A stretch of DNA of 64,000 nt from an uncultured Actinomycetes bacterium (lineage in GTDB: Bacteria > Actinomycetota > Thermoleophilia > RBG-16-64-13). Positions within the stretch are counted from its first letter, which is position 1; the number at the start of each line of letters is the position of its first letter. Positions 47,391 through 56,826 of the stretch are shown here, piece after piece. The notes below the pieces were generated by a model. The model ran no database searches and had not been told where the DNA came from. It saw nothing but the letters and a program-made list of their open reading frames with translations. The stretch covers positions 576,001-640,000 of the forward strand of contig CAWJDT010000001.1 of the NCBI GenBank assembly GCA_963841735.1, in the 5' to 3' direction. The translations under genes were made by a program, and so were the position numbers.

Positions 47391-47563
47391 CCGCCCAGAG
47401 GGGCGACACCGGTACGGTTGATGCTGACCTGGCTCTTGCAGCCCACGCCGAGCACCTGGTCGGCCTCAAGCCCGATGCGACCCAACAGAGGCGGGCTGTA
47501 AGGCCTCCTGCCGGACTCTCGTCCGGGCGAATCCTGCTGGCGAGATGAACCATCAGCGTGCAT
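47351..47563 (-). CDS. putative RiPP precursor peptide, 70 aa, Cys-rich C-terminus
   Basis: GGAGG RBS then ATG; MHADGSSRQQDSPGRESGRRPYSPPLLGRIGLEADQVLGVGCKSQVSINRTGVAPLGGCCGISPCSSWGS; overlaps the rSAM stop. Confidence 0.8.
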   Translation of the reverse strand: MHADGSSRQQDSPGRESGRRPYSPPLLGRIGLEADQVLGVGCKSQVSINRTGVAPLGGCCGISPCSSWGS

Positions 47564-48671
47564 ACTCGACCTCCGGTCTCTTCCGCACGACCGTCCGATA
47601 CCTGGTCTCTCCCAACTTGCACACATACCTTGCCGGTTCGCTTGGAGAGCCCTGCTCAAGCGCGAACAACGCAGGACAGTAGCCGCATACCCGAAGGTGG
47701 GGACAATCGGCGCATTCGTCCACCTTATCCGATGTCACCTGGTCGGTCGCGGTCACCACCGAACCCCAAGCCTCGGCGAAACCTAGGCTGCCCACATTGT
47801 ACCCCAGGTCCCGACTCATCAGACATGGACGCATGATCCCCTGCGGATCAAGGTGGAATCCCACCGCCCCGGCCCCACAGCGGTACAGGCGGCCGTTGGA
47901 CGTGTCCTTCGACATACAGGGACCGCCGTGGCCCTCTAGAAATTCCGCGGTTTTTGCCCGGCGCCCGGGACTCCTCAACTCCGCCGCCACCGCCTGATCG
48001 GGCTCGACCCGCTGAGTTAGAGGGGCACGGTTACCGTCCAAGCGCGGTGTGACCAGAGGATCCAGCCTGAAGCGCAGACCTAACTGCTCGGCGAAGGCCT
48101 CCATGGCGGGAACATCCTCGACGTTCTCCTTGAGGATCATCGTCTTCAGACCCACCCTGACCCCGCGCTCCAGCATCTTCTCGATCCTCCGCTGCACCCG
48201 CAGATACGCGTTGGCGACCCGGGTGACCCTTTGATAGGTCACCTCGCTCGCTCCGTAGAGGCTCACTTCCACAAGGTGAGGCGGGTACTCGGCGAAAACC
48301 TCGAGGTGGGCCGGCCCAACCAGACTCCCATTGGTGTAGACCGTGATGACGAATCCCATCTGGGCCGCCGCTGCGTATATGTCGACGAAGTCATCACGCA
48401 AAAGAGGCTCGCCGCCGGAGAGCAGCAGAAATAGGCAGCCCTTCTCGGCGGCCGCGGCCAGCATGGTGAGAATCTCGCCCTTGCTCAGTTCGCCCGCCTG
48501 CGAGCAGGGTTGAGCGACTAAATGGGCCGCATAGCAGTGACGGCACCGGAAATTGCATCGATAGGTGAGATCGACCGCCCCGCTCACGGGCACGCGGTCC
48601 CGGTACGCCTTCCGGGCGATCAGATCCACGTATTCAGACGAACCCAGGTCTAGTTGAACACCGCAGTCCAC
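47553..48671 (-). CDS. radical SAM / SPASM peptide maturase
   Basis: CNFRCRHC, SGGEPLL, TNG, SPASM Cys pattern CGAG...RPC...CADC....CGYC...C. Confidence 0.92.
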   Translation of the reverse strand: MDCGVQLDLGSSEYVDLIARKAYRDRVPVSGAVDLTYRCNFRCRHCYAAHLVAQPCSQAGELSKGEILTMLAAAAEKGCLFLLLSGGEPLLRDDFVDIYAAAAQMGFVITVYTNGSLVGPAHLEVFAEYPPHLVEVSLYGASEVTYQRVTRVANAYLRVQRRIEKMLERGVRVGLKTMILKENVEDVPAMEAFAEQLGLRFRLDPLVTPRLDGNRAPLTQRVEPDQAVAAELRSPGRRAKTAEFLEGHGGPCMSKDTSNGRLYRCGAGAVGFHLDPQGIMRPCLMSRDLGYNVGSLGFAEAWGSVVTATDQVTSDKVDECADCPHLRVCGYCPALFALEQGSPSEPARYVCKLGETRYRTVVRKRPEVEYAR

Positions 48672-48673
48672 GT

Positions 48674-48985
48674 TCAGGCCTCCGCCGGTTGAGTAGCTTC
48701 TTCGACTAGACCCGCCTCTTGGAGTTGCTCGACGAAGGCCAGGGCATCGCTTCGAGCCTGTTCCTCTTCTACCTCAAACTCAGACACCAGACCGACCGCC
48801 AAATCGTCGAAGGAATGCCGGCCGTCCAGACGCTCCCAGATGAAACGCCCAGTCTCACTCAGCACGAACAACTCCTGCAGATCGGCAAGGCGGCCTCGGA
48901 TAGGCACCAGGAACACTTCCCCGGCCACCTGACGTTGCACCACGTCACCCACTCGACGAAGTAACGACTCTCCCACGAGACTCAC
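48674..48985 (-). CDS. PqqD-family protein (RiPP recognition element)
   Basis: RQVAGE.FLVP, LSETGRFIWERLDG, EFEV....ARSD...FVEQL...GL. Confidence 0.9.
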   Translation of the reverse strand: MSLVGESLLRRVGDVVQRQVAGEVFLVPIRGRLADLQELFVLSETGRFIWERLDGRHSFDDLAVGLVSEFEVEEEQARSDALAFVEQLQEAGLVEEATQPAEA

Positions 48986-48998
48986 CAGCTCCGGCGCT

Positions 48999-51900
48999 TC
49001 ACCAGGATACCCGCAACGCGGGATCACCAAGAAGATTGTATGTCAGCAACAGCGGAGCCGGCACAGCCTCAGCGGCGGCCTGGCCCATAGCCGCCCGGAT
49101 GACGTCGCCCAGCACCACTTCGTTCTCGGGCCCAAACATCAGTTCGGCAAAGATCGCGCCCAACCTCGCCGAAGCGATGCTGTCTTCCATGGCCGCGGGC
49201 GCCCATACCCCTATGGCGCCGGCGCCCTGCTGTTTAACCAGGGTCTCGCCAAGACCATCGTAGCCGGGAAGCCCATACTGCCCCACTTTGCAGGTGAACG
49301 CGGTCACCAGTGAAAGCTTCACTCCGGACGGCAGACCGGCGACGTCGGCGCTCGTAAGGAGTGCCTCGTCGGCCATCTGATCCTCGCCGCCGTGGCCCAT
49401 GAAGTTGACCAACAGCGTACCATTGCCCAGAGCATCCAAGAGCGCCGGACGAACCTGCTCCGCGGGGAGAAGATCAAGGTAGGCTTTGGAGACCTGCAGC
49501 GAAGAAGGCAGTCCTACGGCGATTGTCTCGCTGTCGGCCGAGAAGTTGCCCCCCCCGTCCTGGTCATCGGCGGCGAGCAGCACTTTCGAGTCACCGCCGG
49601 CTCCGCCGGCAGCCTCATAGGCTTCGATCTCCGCCCGAGCGGCGTCAAGATCGCCCGGCACAAGCGCGGGGATCCTACCGATGGCCACATCGGGCACGCC
49701 ATCGCCGCCCACTACGTCGGCAAGCCGAACGTCAGAGGGAACCAAGCCGAACTCAGTGTCAACCAGAAGCGGCGGCACTATGGAGTCGCCCGCGCCCACG
49801 TTGTTCTTATAGTCATAGCTGCCTTCGCCGGCCAAGACAACGTACCGGGGAGCAGGGGCCCAGGACGCCAGTGCGTACTTGATGAAGCTCCTGATGGCGT
49901 ACGGACTCTTTACTCCGCTGTTGAACTCATCGTAGATCTGGGTGGTAGTCACCACAGCCGTCCTGAGTCCCTGGCCCGACCGGTAGGCCGCAAGGCGACC
50001 GGCAGCTTCAGCGAACTCCGGAGCGGTTATCAAGATGTATTCGGCCCCGCGTCCCGAGTCCCGCAGGCTCGAGCCCTGAGTCGCCGTAATGGCATCAGGG
50101 CGCATAGCTCCAGCGGCGGTCACAACCAGATACTGGCGGCTCTTGGCGGCAGCGAACTTGACCCAAGCGGCCCCGGCCTCGCCACCCGAACCCGCGAGCG
50201 AAACGAGTGCGGGAGTGAGCGGCTTGGCCAGATCGAGCACCCAGGCCTCCGCGGCGCTGAGCCCTGTTACTTCGACCAGACCCGTGGACGGCGCCTTGAA
50301 GAGCAAGCGATCGTCCACAGCGCTGGTGGAGCGCAGATAACTGATGTCAAAGGAGTCGACCCCGAACATGCTATGGCCGATTCCGCCATCTAACACTGCC
50401 GTCACCACGATCTCGTTCGCTCCGGCCAGCAGCACCCCGGCCGGTATGTCAAGGGTCGCTCTATGAACCGTTGTGCCCATCCATCGCTCGTCGCCCAGAC
50501 CGGTGCCGTTCAGCGCGATAGCGGCGTGATGCTCGCCCGTCTGACCAGTCGTTGTAAGCCCTCTAAGCACCACGTCAAGCTGCAACCCAGCCTGCGCGCC
50601 TTCAGCTGCTTCGAAGACGAAGGTCTTCGTCGCCATGGGAGCGAAGCCGGCGACCATGTAGCTCCACAGCCAGAAGTCGCCATCGACCTGATGGAACTGC
50701 TCGGTGATAGGCAGGGCGTCATCCTCCGCATGGACCAGCTCGACGTATTGCGTCTGGCCGATGGCACTTGTGACCACCGTCTTGGCTGCCGACATCAACG
50801 TTCCCCTGCCCACCGCCAGCCAATAGACGTTTTGGGAGGCATACACGCTATCCAGGGCTTGGCCATAGAAGAACAGAGCCGAGCCGTCACTGGCTGGAAG
50901 ATAGGCCACAGTGCGGCCTCGATTGGTGATATTGACACCTTTTGTGCGGAGGAGTTGACGTGCCCGCTGTTCGGTCACGCCAAGACCGCCCACGAGGTCC
51001 GCGGCCTCTACTCGGTAGAGGCCCGAAGCCGTCACTTCGATCCGCAGTCTGTCCCCGGCCACGGCTTCCACCAGCACCGACTCGCTCACCACATCTCGCG
51101 AAACAGCTTCGTGTGACTGCGCCTGCTTGGGTGCCCGCGCCACCTCATTGCCGCGGGCCAATTCGTCAGCGGCCTCTCCGGCAGGCAGAGGTCCCGTCGC
51201 CGTCACTTCGTATGGTCCGTAGATGCGCTCGGCACCCGACATCTCCACTTCCACCAGACGGTAGGTCAGAGCCTGCCCGGCTGCGCCTCCGCGGTCCAGC
51301 AGGCTGTAGGAGCCGCCCGCGGACGATTCCAGAAGTGCCGGGACGAGTGCTCTGTTCACTCTCGACCACCGGCCGGTCTTAATGTCCAGCCGCTCCACGA
51401 AGAAACCGGCCGTGTTGGCCTCGCTCGCGGTCCCCCAGGTCACAACCACCCCTCCCTTGGCGGTGTGGGCTTCAAATTCACTCACAACCACCACTGTCGG
51501 GGAAGTCCTGTATAGACCGGCATCCATGTCGCGAAGTCGTTCCCCCCCGTGTAAGGTCACAACGTCGGTTCGGCCGGTGCTTGGATCGGGATCACTGTCC
51601 TTGGCGTCGTCGCCCCCTTGATCTTTCGGCGAAAACACGGTGCCGTCGGGAAGCGTGAACTGGACTCTGTAGTCTCCGGGAGGCAAGCCAGTGAACTCGT
51701 AGAAACCGTGTTCGTCGGTCCACATGAGCATCGGATCGCCGTTGACGTAGTACAGGTTGTCTCCCGCGCCGTTGAGAAGCCGCACGGGGACGCCCTCAAT
51801 GACGGGTTCGTAGGCATCTTGGATGCCGTCCATGTCGTCGTCGTGCCACACGTAGTCGCCGATACGGCCTTTGAGGAACACCTTGTCCTCAACCGGGTCA

Positions 51901-54671
51901 GTCCATCCTAGTGCCCGCGCCGTCCCATTGTTGTATATGGCCAGGGTGCCCGGAGTCAATTGGGCGTAATCATCGATGATCACCCGGAAGGTCACGGTGA
52001 CGTCGTGGCCCGGCATGAGAGTGCCTACGTTATAGCCGCCTTCGTCCAGGGGATAGGGCGTTCCAGACGTGTTGTCAGGAATGTGGGTCGTCCCTATGTA
52101 GGTGCTCTGAGGCACATAAGTGGTATCGGCCGGGATAGTGTCCGAAACGACGACATCGGGCACCGGGATGCGGCTGACGTTATACACCGCGATGGGCCAG
52201 ACTATTTCGTCCCCCGGACTGATGTACCCGTCGCCGTCGAGGTCACCCGAATACCCGTTGGCAGGGTTGTCGTCGTCGTCGTAGAGCAGGCCGTCTTTAC
52301 CGGCCGTGAATTCCGGCATGGGCGGCACGCTCGTGCCCACATCCAGACCGGGCGCTCCGGCTTCAGAGGTCTGCGGGTCCTGCCCCCATGCCACCGCCAA
52401 CTTGACAGAAGAGTCCAGGGTGTAGAGGAGCAGCCCCGTCTGATCGTTCTTGGCGACGATCGGGTTGATGGGAACAGCCCCGATGGCCCAGGGATAGCTC
52501 GTATCCGAGGTCCAACTCATCGTGGTCGTGCTCCCGGTCGCGGTCTCGATGCTGCCCGCCCCTACTAGGCGGCGGTCGGAGTTGTTCTGTTCGGTGCGGG
52601 AGAACTGCTGCCACAACTCCGCCTGACCGAGACCGACGGTTAACGCACTCGGGCTGTTTCGGCCAACGCTCATAGCAGCCACGGCATCGTACACGACCTG
52701 CCCCGCGGTGGTGGCCGCGACCACACTCTGGGTGGTGAGGGTATCGGTGCTCCTAGACTCGGAGACGTAGGTGCCCAGAGCCGAGACCAGGCCGCCGGAC
52801 ACGTTGACCCCGCTGAAGGTCGTCACGCCCACCGAGAAAGTGCGAGTGCCACCCAGGGTCACTACCACGTTCGCCGTGCCCGGTGTCGGATTGGCCAGAG
52901 CCCAGATTTCTGTCTGAGGCCGGGCGTTGGGTCTTCCGGCTCCACCTTCGGGGGCCATGACCCTTCCGACGAGACTCAGGCCTGTGCCTCCGTACGTCAC
53001 CGCTGCGTTGTATTGGTTGTCCGCATCGTTGCCTATGGCAACCGAAACCAGCATGAGTCGGTTGGGGAGAGAGCCGGTCGTGTGCGAGACCGACAGTGAC
53101 GTCGCCGTAGCACCATCGGCGCCGGTGCTGCGCGAACTGGTGGCGTCAACGGCCATCCCCCGGACGTACACCCTTGCCTGCTCCAATTCCTTCAGACTGT
53201 AGGCGGCGTCGTATCCATTGCCGCTCGGGTCGGTCAACGCGCCGGTCGTCGGATCGGCGTCATAGTCCACGTACACGGTGGTCGCGGTGTCACCGTTGCC
53301 GACCGGCGTGACCCAGATGGGGTTGCCGTTTTCGGTCGGGTTGGTGGGAGAGTTCGGATCGCGACCGATGCCCAGGCCCACCAGAGCCTCAGTGGTCAGC
53401 ATGGTGCTGGGAATCATGGTGTAGCTCCAGTCCCAGGCCTGGTTGTAGTCGACGGATGTGCCCGCCGCATCGGTGGTCGAAAAGGCATAGAAGGGGGCGC
53501 CAGAGCTATAGAAGCTCGAACCGGTGCCGTCGGTCGCGTTCTCCAGGATCTGTTTGTACACTCCGCCGGCCGGGACCGTGACGGCACTGGTGATCCTCAC
53601 TCCCGATGTGTTCCGGCGCTGATACGTCACGCTGATGGAGCTGGTCCCGGGGTTGTAGAGCCAGACCACCGTCCGCTCGTCTCCGGCGTTGGTGGTGACG
53701 TTGGGGGTGGAGACCGGAGTGTAGTAGCGACTCGCCCACATGTCCGTCGGGATCAGGGCCGAGTCACGGCTCTCGTAGTTGGAGGCGACATCGCCCGTCA
53801 GGATGTCCACCTGCACCGGCTTGTCTGAGGTCACATGACCGCCCACTGAGATGTTGGCTACATACGTGCTGTCGCCCTCGTCGAGAGTCAGGGTGGTCTC
53901 AAAGGTCCCGTCGCCGCCGGCGTCGATGCGCACCGTGGTCGCGTCCTGACCGGCCATGATCGAGAGAGCTGTGTACTCGAACATCTGGTAGTCGACGTTG
54001 TCGGCCAGGTTCACGCCCACCGGAGCGCGATAGTCGGTGCCCCAGTTGTTGGTGTCGAACACCTCCACACACCCGGCGAAGAGGGTACCGGTCGCCCCAG
54101 CCCAGCTTGTGCGGGTCATGGCGATGGTCTTGGTGGCCGCCACCTTGTCGCCGCCGTCGAAGTCGATCACCGTCTGCCGCGTGGTGGTGGTGACGTCGTT
54201 GTGCAGGTCGATCAGATCCCCGGCGTTAATGACGTCGCTGGGGATGCCGGGGGGAGCACCGTTGGCCGGGTTACCGTCGCCCCAGATCTGCGTGCCGTCT
54301 AGGTTACCGGTGCTATAGGTGTCCAGCGTGTTGGCTATATCGACGTCGTAGCCGTTCTCCCACTGGTCATAGTAGATGATCGTGCCGTCGGCTACCGCCG
54401 TGATGGTGACGTAACCCGTGATGGGTTCGGTCGGCGCGTCGCTCGGCCCCCCGTTCTCCACCGCCCTAAAGAAGGTCAGCAACTCGTTCTCGGGCAAAGG
54501 AACATAGAAGAACTGCACCGGCATGGCCTGCACGCTCGAGGCCAGCCCCAGTGCCAACGCAATCGCCAGGATCAGGCCGCAGACAAGAGCGACACCCTTC
54601 CGGGCGGCCGCCCTAGACGGGGGAAAGCGACGTATTCCGCTGTCACTCCGTGATTCTGCCCAACCTCGCAT
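48999..54671 (-). CDS. large secreted multidomain protein with C-terminal C25 (gingipain-like) cysteine peptidase
   Basis: GGGAGGG RBS, signal peptide, IgGFc-binding-like region, DUF11-like, SdrD-B-like (IGDYVWHD), then C25 motifs YILIT, IYDEF, VVLAG, IGRIP, GHG, FTC and YNLLGDP. Confidence 0.85.
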   Translation of the reverse strand: MRGWAESRSDSGIRRFPPSRAAARKGVALVCGLILAIALALGLASSVQAMPVQFFYVPLPENELLTFFRAVENGGPSDAPTEPITGYVTITAVADGTIIYYDQWENGYDVDIANTLDTYSTGNLDGTQIWGDGNPANGAPPGIPSDVINAGDLIDLHNDVTTTTRQTVIDFDGGDKVAATKTIAMTRTSWAGATGTLFAGCVEVFDTNNWGTDYRAPVGVNLADNVDYQMFEYTALSIMAGQDATTVRIDAGGDGTFETTLTLDEGDSTYVANISVGGHVTSDKPVQVDILTGDVASNYESRDSALIPTDMWASRYYTPVSTPNVTTNAGDERTVVWLYNPGTSSISVTYQRRNTSGVRITSAVTVPAGGVYKQILENATDGTGSSFYSSGAPFYAFSTTDAAGTSVDYNQAWDWSYTMIPSTMLTTEALVGLGIGRDPNSPTNPTENGNPIWVTPVGNGDTATTVYVDYDADPTTGALTDPSGNGYDAAYSLKELEQARVYVRGMAVDATSSRSTGADGATATSLSVSHTTGSLPNRLMLVSVAIGNDADNQYNAAVTYGGTGLSLVGRVMAPEGGAGRPNARPQTEIWALANPTPGTANVVVTLGGTRTFSVGVTTFSGVNVSGGLVSALGTYVSESRSTDTLTTQSVVAATTAGQVVYDAVAAMSVGRNSPSALTVGLGQAELWQQFSRTEQNNSDRRLVGAGSIETATGSTTTMSWTSDTSYPWAIGAVPINPIVAKNDQTGLLLYTLDSSVKLAVAWGQDPQTSEAGAPGLDVGTSVPPMPEFTAGKDGLLYDDDDNPANGYSGDLDGDGYISPGDEIVWPIAVYNVSRIPVPDVVVSDTIPADTTYVPQSTYIGTTHIPDNTSGTPYPLDEGGYNVGTLMPGHDVTVTFRVIIDDYAQLTPGTLAIYNNGTARALGWTDPVEDKVFLKGRIGDYVWHDDDMDGIQDAYEPVIEGVPVRLLNGAGDNLYYVNGDPMLMWTDEHGFYEFTGLPPGDYRVQFTLPDGTVFSPKDQGGDDAKDSDPDPSTGRTDVVTLHGGERLRDMDAGLYRTSPTVVVVSEFEAHTAKGGVVVTWGTASEANTAGFFVERLDIKTGRWSRVNRALVPALLESSAGGSYSLLDRGGAAGQALTYRLVEVEMSGAERIYGPYEVTATGPLPAGEAADELARGNEVARAPKQAQSHEAVSRDVVSESVLVEAVAGDRLRIEVTASGLYRVEAADLVGGLGVTEQRARQLLRTKGVNITNRGRTVAYLPASDGSALFFYGQALDSVYASQNVYWLAVGRGTLMSAAKTVVTSAIGQTQYVELVHAEDDALPITEQFHQVDGDFWLWSYMVAGFAPMATKTFVFEAAEGAQAGLQLDVVLRGLTTTGQTGEHHAAIALNGTGLGDERWMGTTVHRATLDIPAGVLLAGANEIVVTAVLDGGIGHSMFGVDSFDISYLRSTSAVDDRLLFKAPSTGLVEVTGLSAAEAWVLDLAKPLTPALVSLAGSGGEAGAAWVKFAAAKSRQYLVVTAAGAMRPDAITATQGSSLRDSGRGAEYILITAPEFAEAAGRLAAYRSGQGLRTAVVTTTQIYDEFNSGVKSPYAIRSFIKYALASWAPAPRYVVLAGEGSYDYKNNVGAGDSIVPPLLVDTEFGLVPSDVRLADVVGGDGVPDVAIGRIPALVPGDLDAARAEIEAYEAAGGAGGDSKVLLAADDQDGGGNFSADSETIAVGLPSSLQVSKAYLDLLPAEQVRPALLDALGNGTLLVNFMGHGGEDQMADEALLTSADVAGLPSGVKLSLVTAFTCKVGQYGLPGYDGLGETLVKQQGAGAIGVWAPAAMEDSIASARLGAIFAELMFGPENEVVLGDVIRAAMGQAAAEAVPAPLLLTYNLLGDPALRVSW

Positions 54672-54967
54672 GGTCCCTCCCTTGTCCAAGGCTCCCCCAA
54701 GCCTGACGATCCGTGCACAGATACTTCTATTTGGAGCGTTATCGGCCAACACTTCGTTTACTTAAGCATTTCCGCGCAACCGGCCCACCGGAAGTCACGA
54801 ATACCTACCTATTCAAGGACAGATACGCCCCCCATCCAGGTAACCCTGCCCGGCACCGGCTTCGGCCTCTCGCAGCCGCGGCCACAGTCTGGCGCTCCGC
54901 TCCCCGTCGCGGTACCCTTACGGGCAGCACGGTTACGCCGTCGCAGCATCGATTGCAAGGAGTGGCC

Positions 54968-55555
54968 GTGTCAGAACCATCCGCGAACAAAGGGGCCTTC
55001 TTCAAGCGCAGAGTGCCACTGAAGGGTGTCTTGGCACTGGTCGCCGCGATGTTGGTCATTATGGTCGCTATCGTGGTCGTCCTGGTTCTGGTGGATCACG
55101 ATAGGGATGAGGCACGCCGGTTGGCTGCCGCCGCCGCGACCACCAGCACGGTCATGACGTCGCCTTACGACTTCTCCGAACTGCCTGACAATACCAACCT
55201 GGAAGCGCTGGAGAACGCCACGATGGTCAGTATCTGGATCGCCGACGGCCATGACGCTCCTACCGGTTATGGCCTCAGTTCCGATCTTCCCGCCGCGCAG
55301 GCCCTGAGCGCGGCTATCCGCCATGCTGACGAGTTGGGCTCCGACGAGGCCGCGCCGCTCACGGCAGCTTTTGCCGATGCGGCAGCCGCGGGCGAGGCGG
55401 CCACCTCCACCATCACGTTTCTCTTTGCCGATCGCGGCACTCTCACTTTCTTCCTCGACCTCGACCAGGGAGTCGTGGCCCGGGGAGAGCGTGTTTGGCG
55501 CGCGGTCGGAGACCTCCGAGCTTTGCTGGACGTCGCCCTGGCGGGAAACCAGTAG
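54968..55555 (+). CDS. hypothetical membrane-anchored protein
   Basis: AAGGAG RBS, GTG start, one TM helix. Confidence 0.6.
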   Translation: MSEPSANKGAFFKRRVPLKGVLALVAAMLVIMVAIVVVLVLVDHDRDEARRLAAAAATTSTVMTSPYDFSELPDNTNLEALENATMVSIWIADGHDAPTGYGLSSDLPAAQALSAAIRHADELGSDEAAPLTAAFADAAAAGEAATSTITFLFADRGTLTFFLDLDQGVVARGERVWRAVGDLRALLDVALAGNQ

Positions 55556-55722
55556 CTTGGCGCCGCCGTCCAAGCTCTGTCGAGGCAACACCTACTCCGG
55601 GACCCTACGCGACCGCCGGAAGGGTACAATCTCCATGGACATCTTCGCGGCTCAGTGTCGCGGCCTCGAAGTGATTGCGCTCAAGACCGCCGGGTATCGG
55701 CTCACGGGATTGGAGGGGCATC

Positions 55723-56823
55723 ATGCCCGACAGGCTCTACGGCCCGCTCGATCAGATCGCCGGGTCGACTAGGACAGTGGAAGGCGCCCCAGCGACTAGA
55801 GCCGGCCACGCCGCAGAGGCGGCGGGCAGAGCGCATGCCACAACCGACACAGCGCTCGACGTGCTCCAAGACGACGAGATGCGCTATGTGGCTCACCAGG
55901 CCAACCGGATTGCCACCAGCATCACCTCAGTCATCCTTGGCAAGGAGGAGGTCGTCCGGGCCTGCGTGGTGGCACTCATGGCTGGGGGTCACGTAATAGT
56001 GGAGGACTTCCCCGGGGTGGGCAAGACCCTCCTGGCGAAGTCTCTAGCCCGCTCCATAGACTGTCGCTTCGCCCGCGTCCAGTTCACCCCCGACCTGCTC
56101 CCCAGCGACGTCACCGGCGTCAGTGTGTTCAACCAGAAGACCGGGGAGTTCGAGTTCCGAGCCGGCCCGATCTTCGCAAACATCGTGCTTGCCGACGAGA
56201 TCAACCGCGCCTCCCCCAAGACGCAGTCCAGCCTGCTGGAGTGCATGGAAGAGCGCCAGGCCACCATCGACAACGTCACGCATCCCATCGCCGCGCCCTT
56301 CATGGTCGTCGCCACACAAAACCCCATCGAATACGAAGGCACCTACCCTCTGCCCGAGGCCCAGTTGGATCGCTTCATGATGCGGCTCAGCATGGGCTAT
56401 CCCACGCCAGAGGCAGAAGAAGACATAATCAGCGAGCAGACCTCCCGCGACCCCCTGTCCGCACTCAAGCCGGTAGTGGACGGATCCGACGTGCTGGCTA
56501 TGACCCAAGCGGTCACACGCGTAAGGGTGGCTCCGGCTCTGCGCCGCTACGTCGTGGATATCCTGACGGCCACCCGCGGGCAACGCGATGTGTACTTGGG
56601 CGCAAGCCCCAGGGCCGGCGTCGCGCTGACCAGAGCGGCCAAAGCCTTGGCCCTCTTGCGCGGACGCGACTTCGTGGTACCAAAGGACATCAAAGACCTG
56701 GCCGTGCGCTGCCTGGCCCACCGCATAATGATGGCCCCCGACGCCAAAGTCCACGGGGTGAGCGCCGAGTCTCTGGTCGCGAAGCTGCTTGAGACAGTAC
56801 CTGTGCCTCAAGGCGGCGGGTAG
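55723..56823 (+). CDS. MoxR AAA+ ATPase
   Basis: PGVGKT, RVQFTPDLLPSDVTG, LADEINRA, ATQNPIEYEGTYPLPEAQLDRF. Confidence 0.95.
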   Translation: MPDRLYGPLDQIAGSTRTVEGAPATRAGHAAEAAGRAHATTDTALDVLQDDEMRYVAHQANRIATSITSVILGKEEVVRACVVALMAGGHVIVEDFPGVGKTLLAKSLARSIDCRFARVQFTPDLLPSDVTGVSVFNQKTGEFEFRAGPIFANIVLADEINRASPKTQSSLLECMEERQATIDNVTHPIAAPFMVVATQNPIEYEGTYPLPEAQLDRFMMRLSMGYPTPEAEEDIISEQTSRDPLSALKPVVDGSDVLAMTQAVTRVRVAPALRRYVVDILTATRGQRDVYLGASPRAGVALTRAAKALALLRGRDFVVPKDIKDLAVRCLAHRIMMAPDAKVHGVSAESLVAKLLETVPVPQGGG

Positions 56824-56826
56824 ACG

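Noticed and set aside
45910-48985. Lasso peptide or PQQ biosynthesis cluster
   Set aside because: No asparagine-synthetase-like cyclase, B2 protease or pqqB/C; the peptide lacks the PqqA ExxxY motif
54672-54960. Riboswitch upstream of the C25 operon
   Set aside because: No recognisable aptamer consensus by eye; an Rfam scan would be needed
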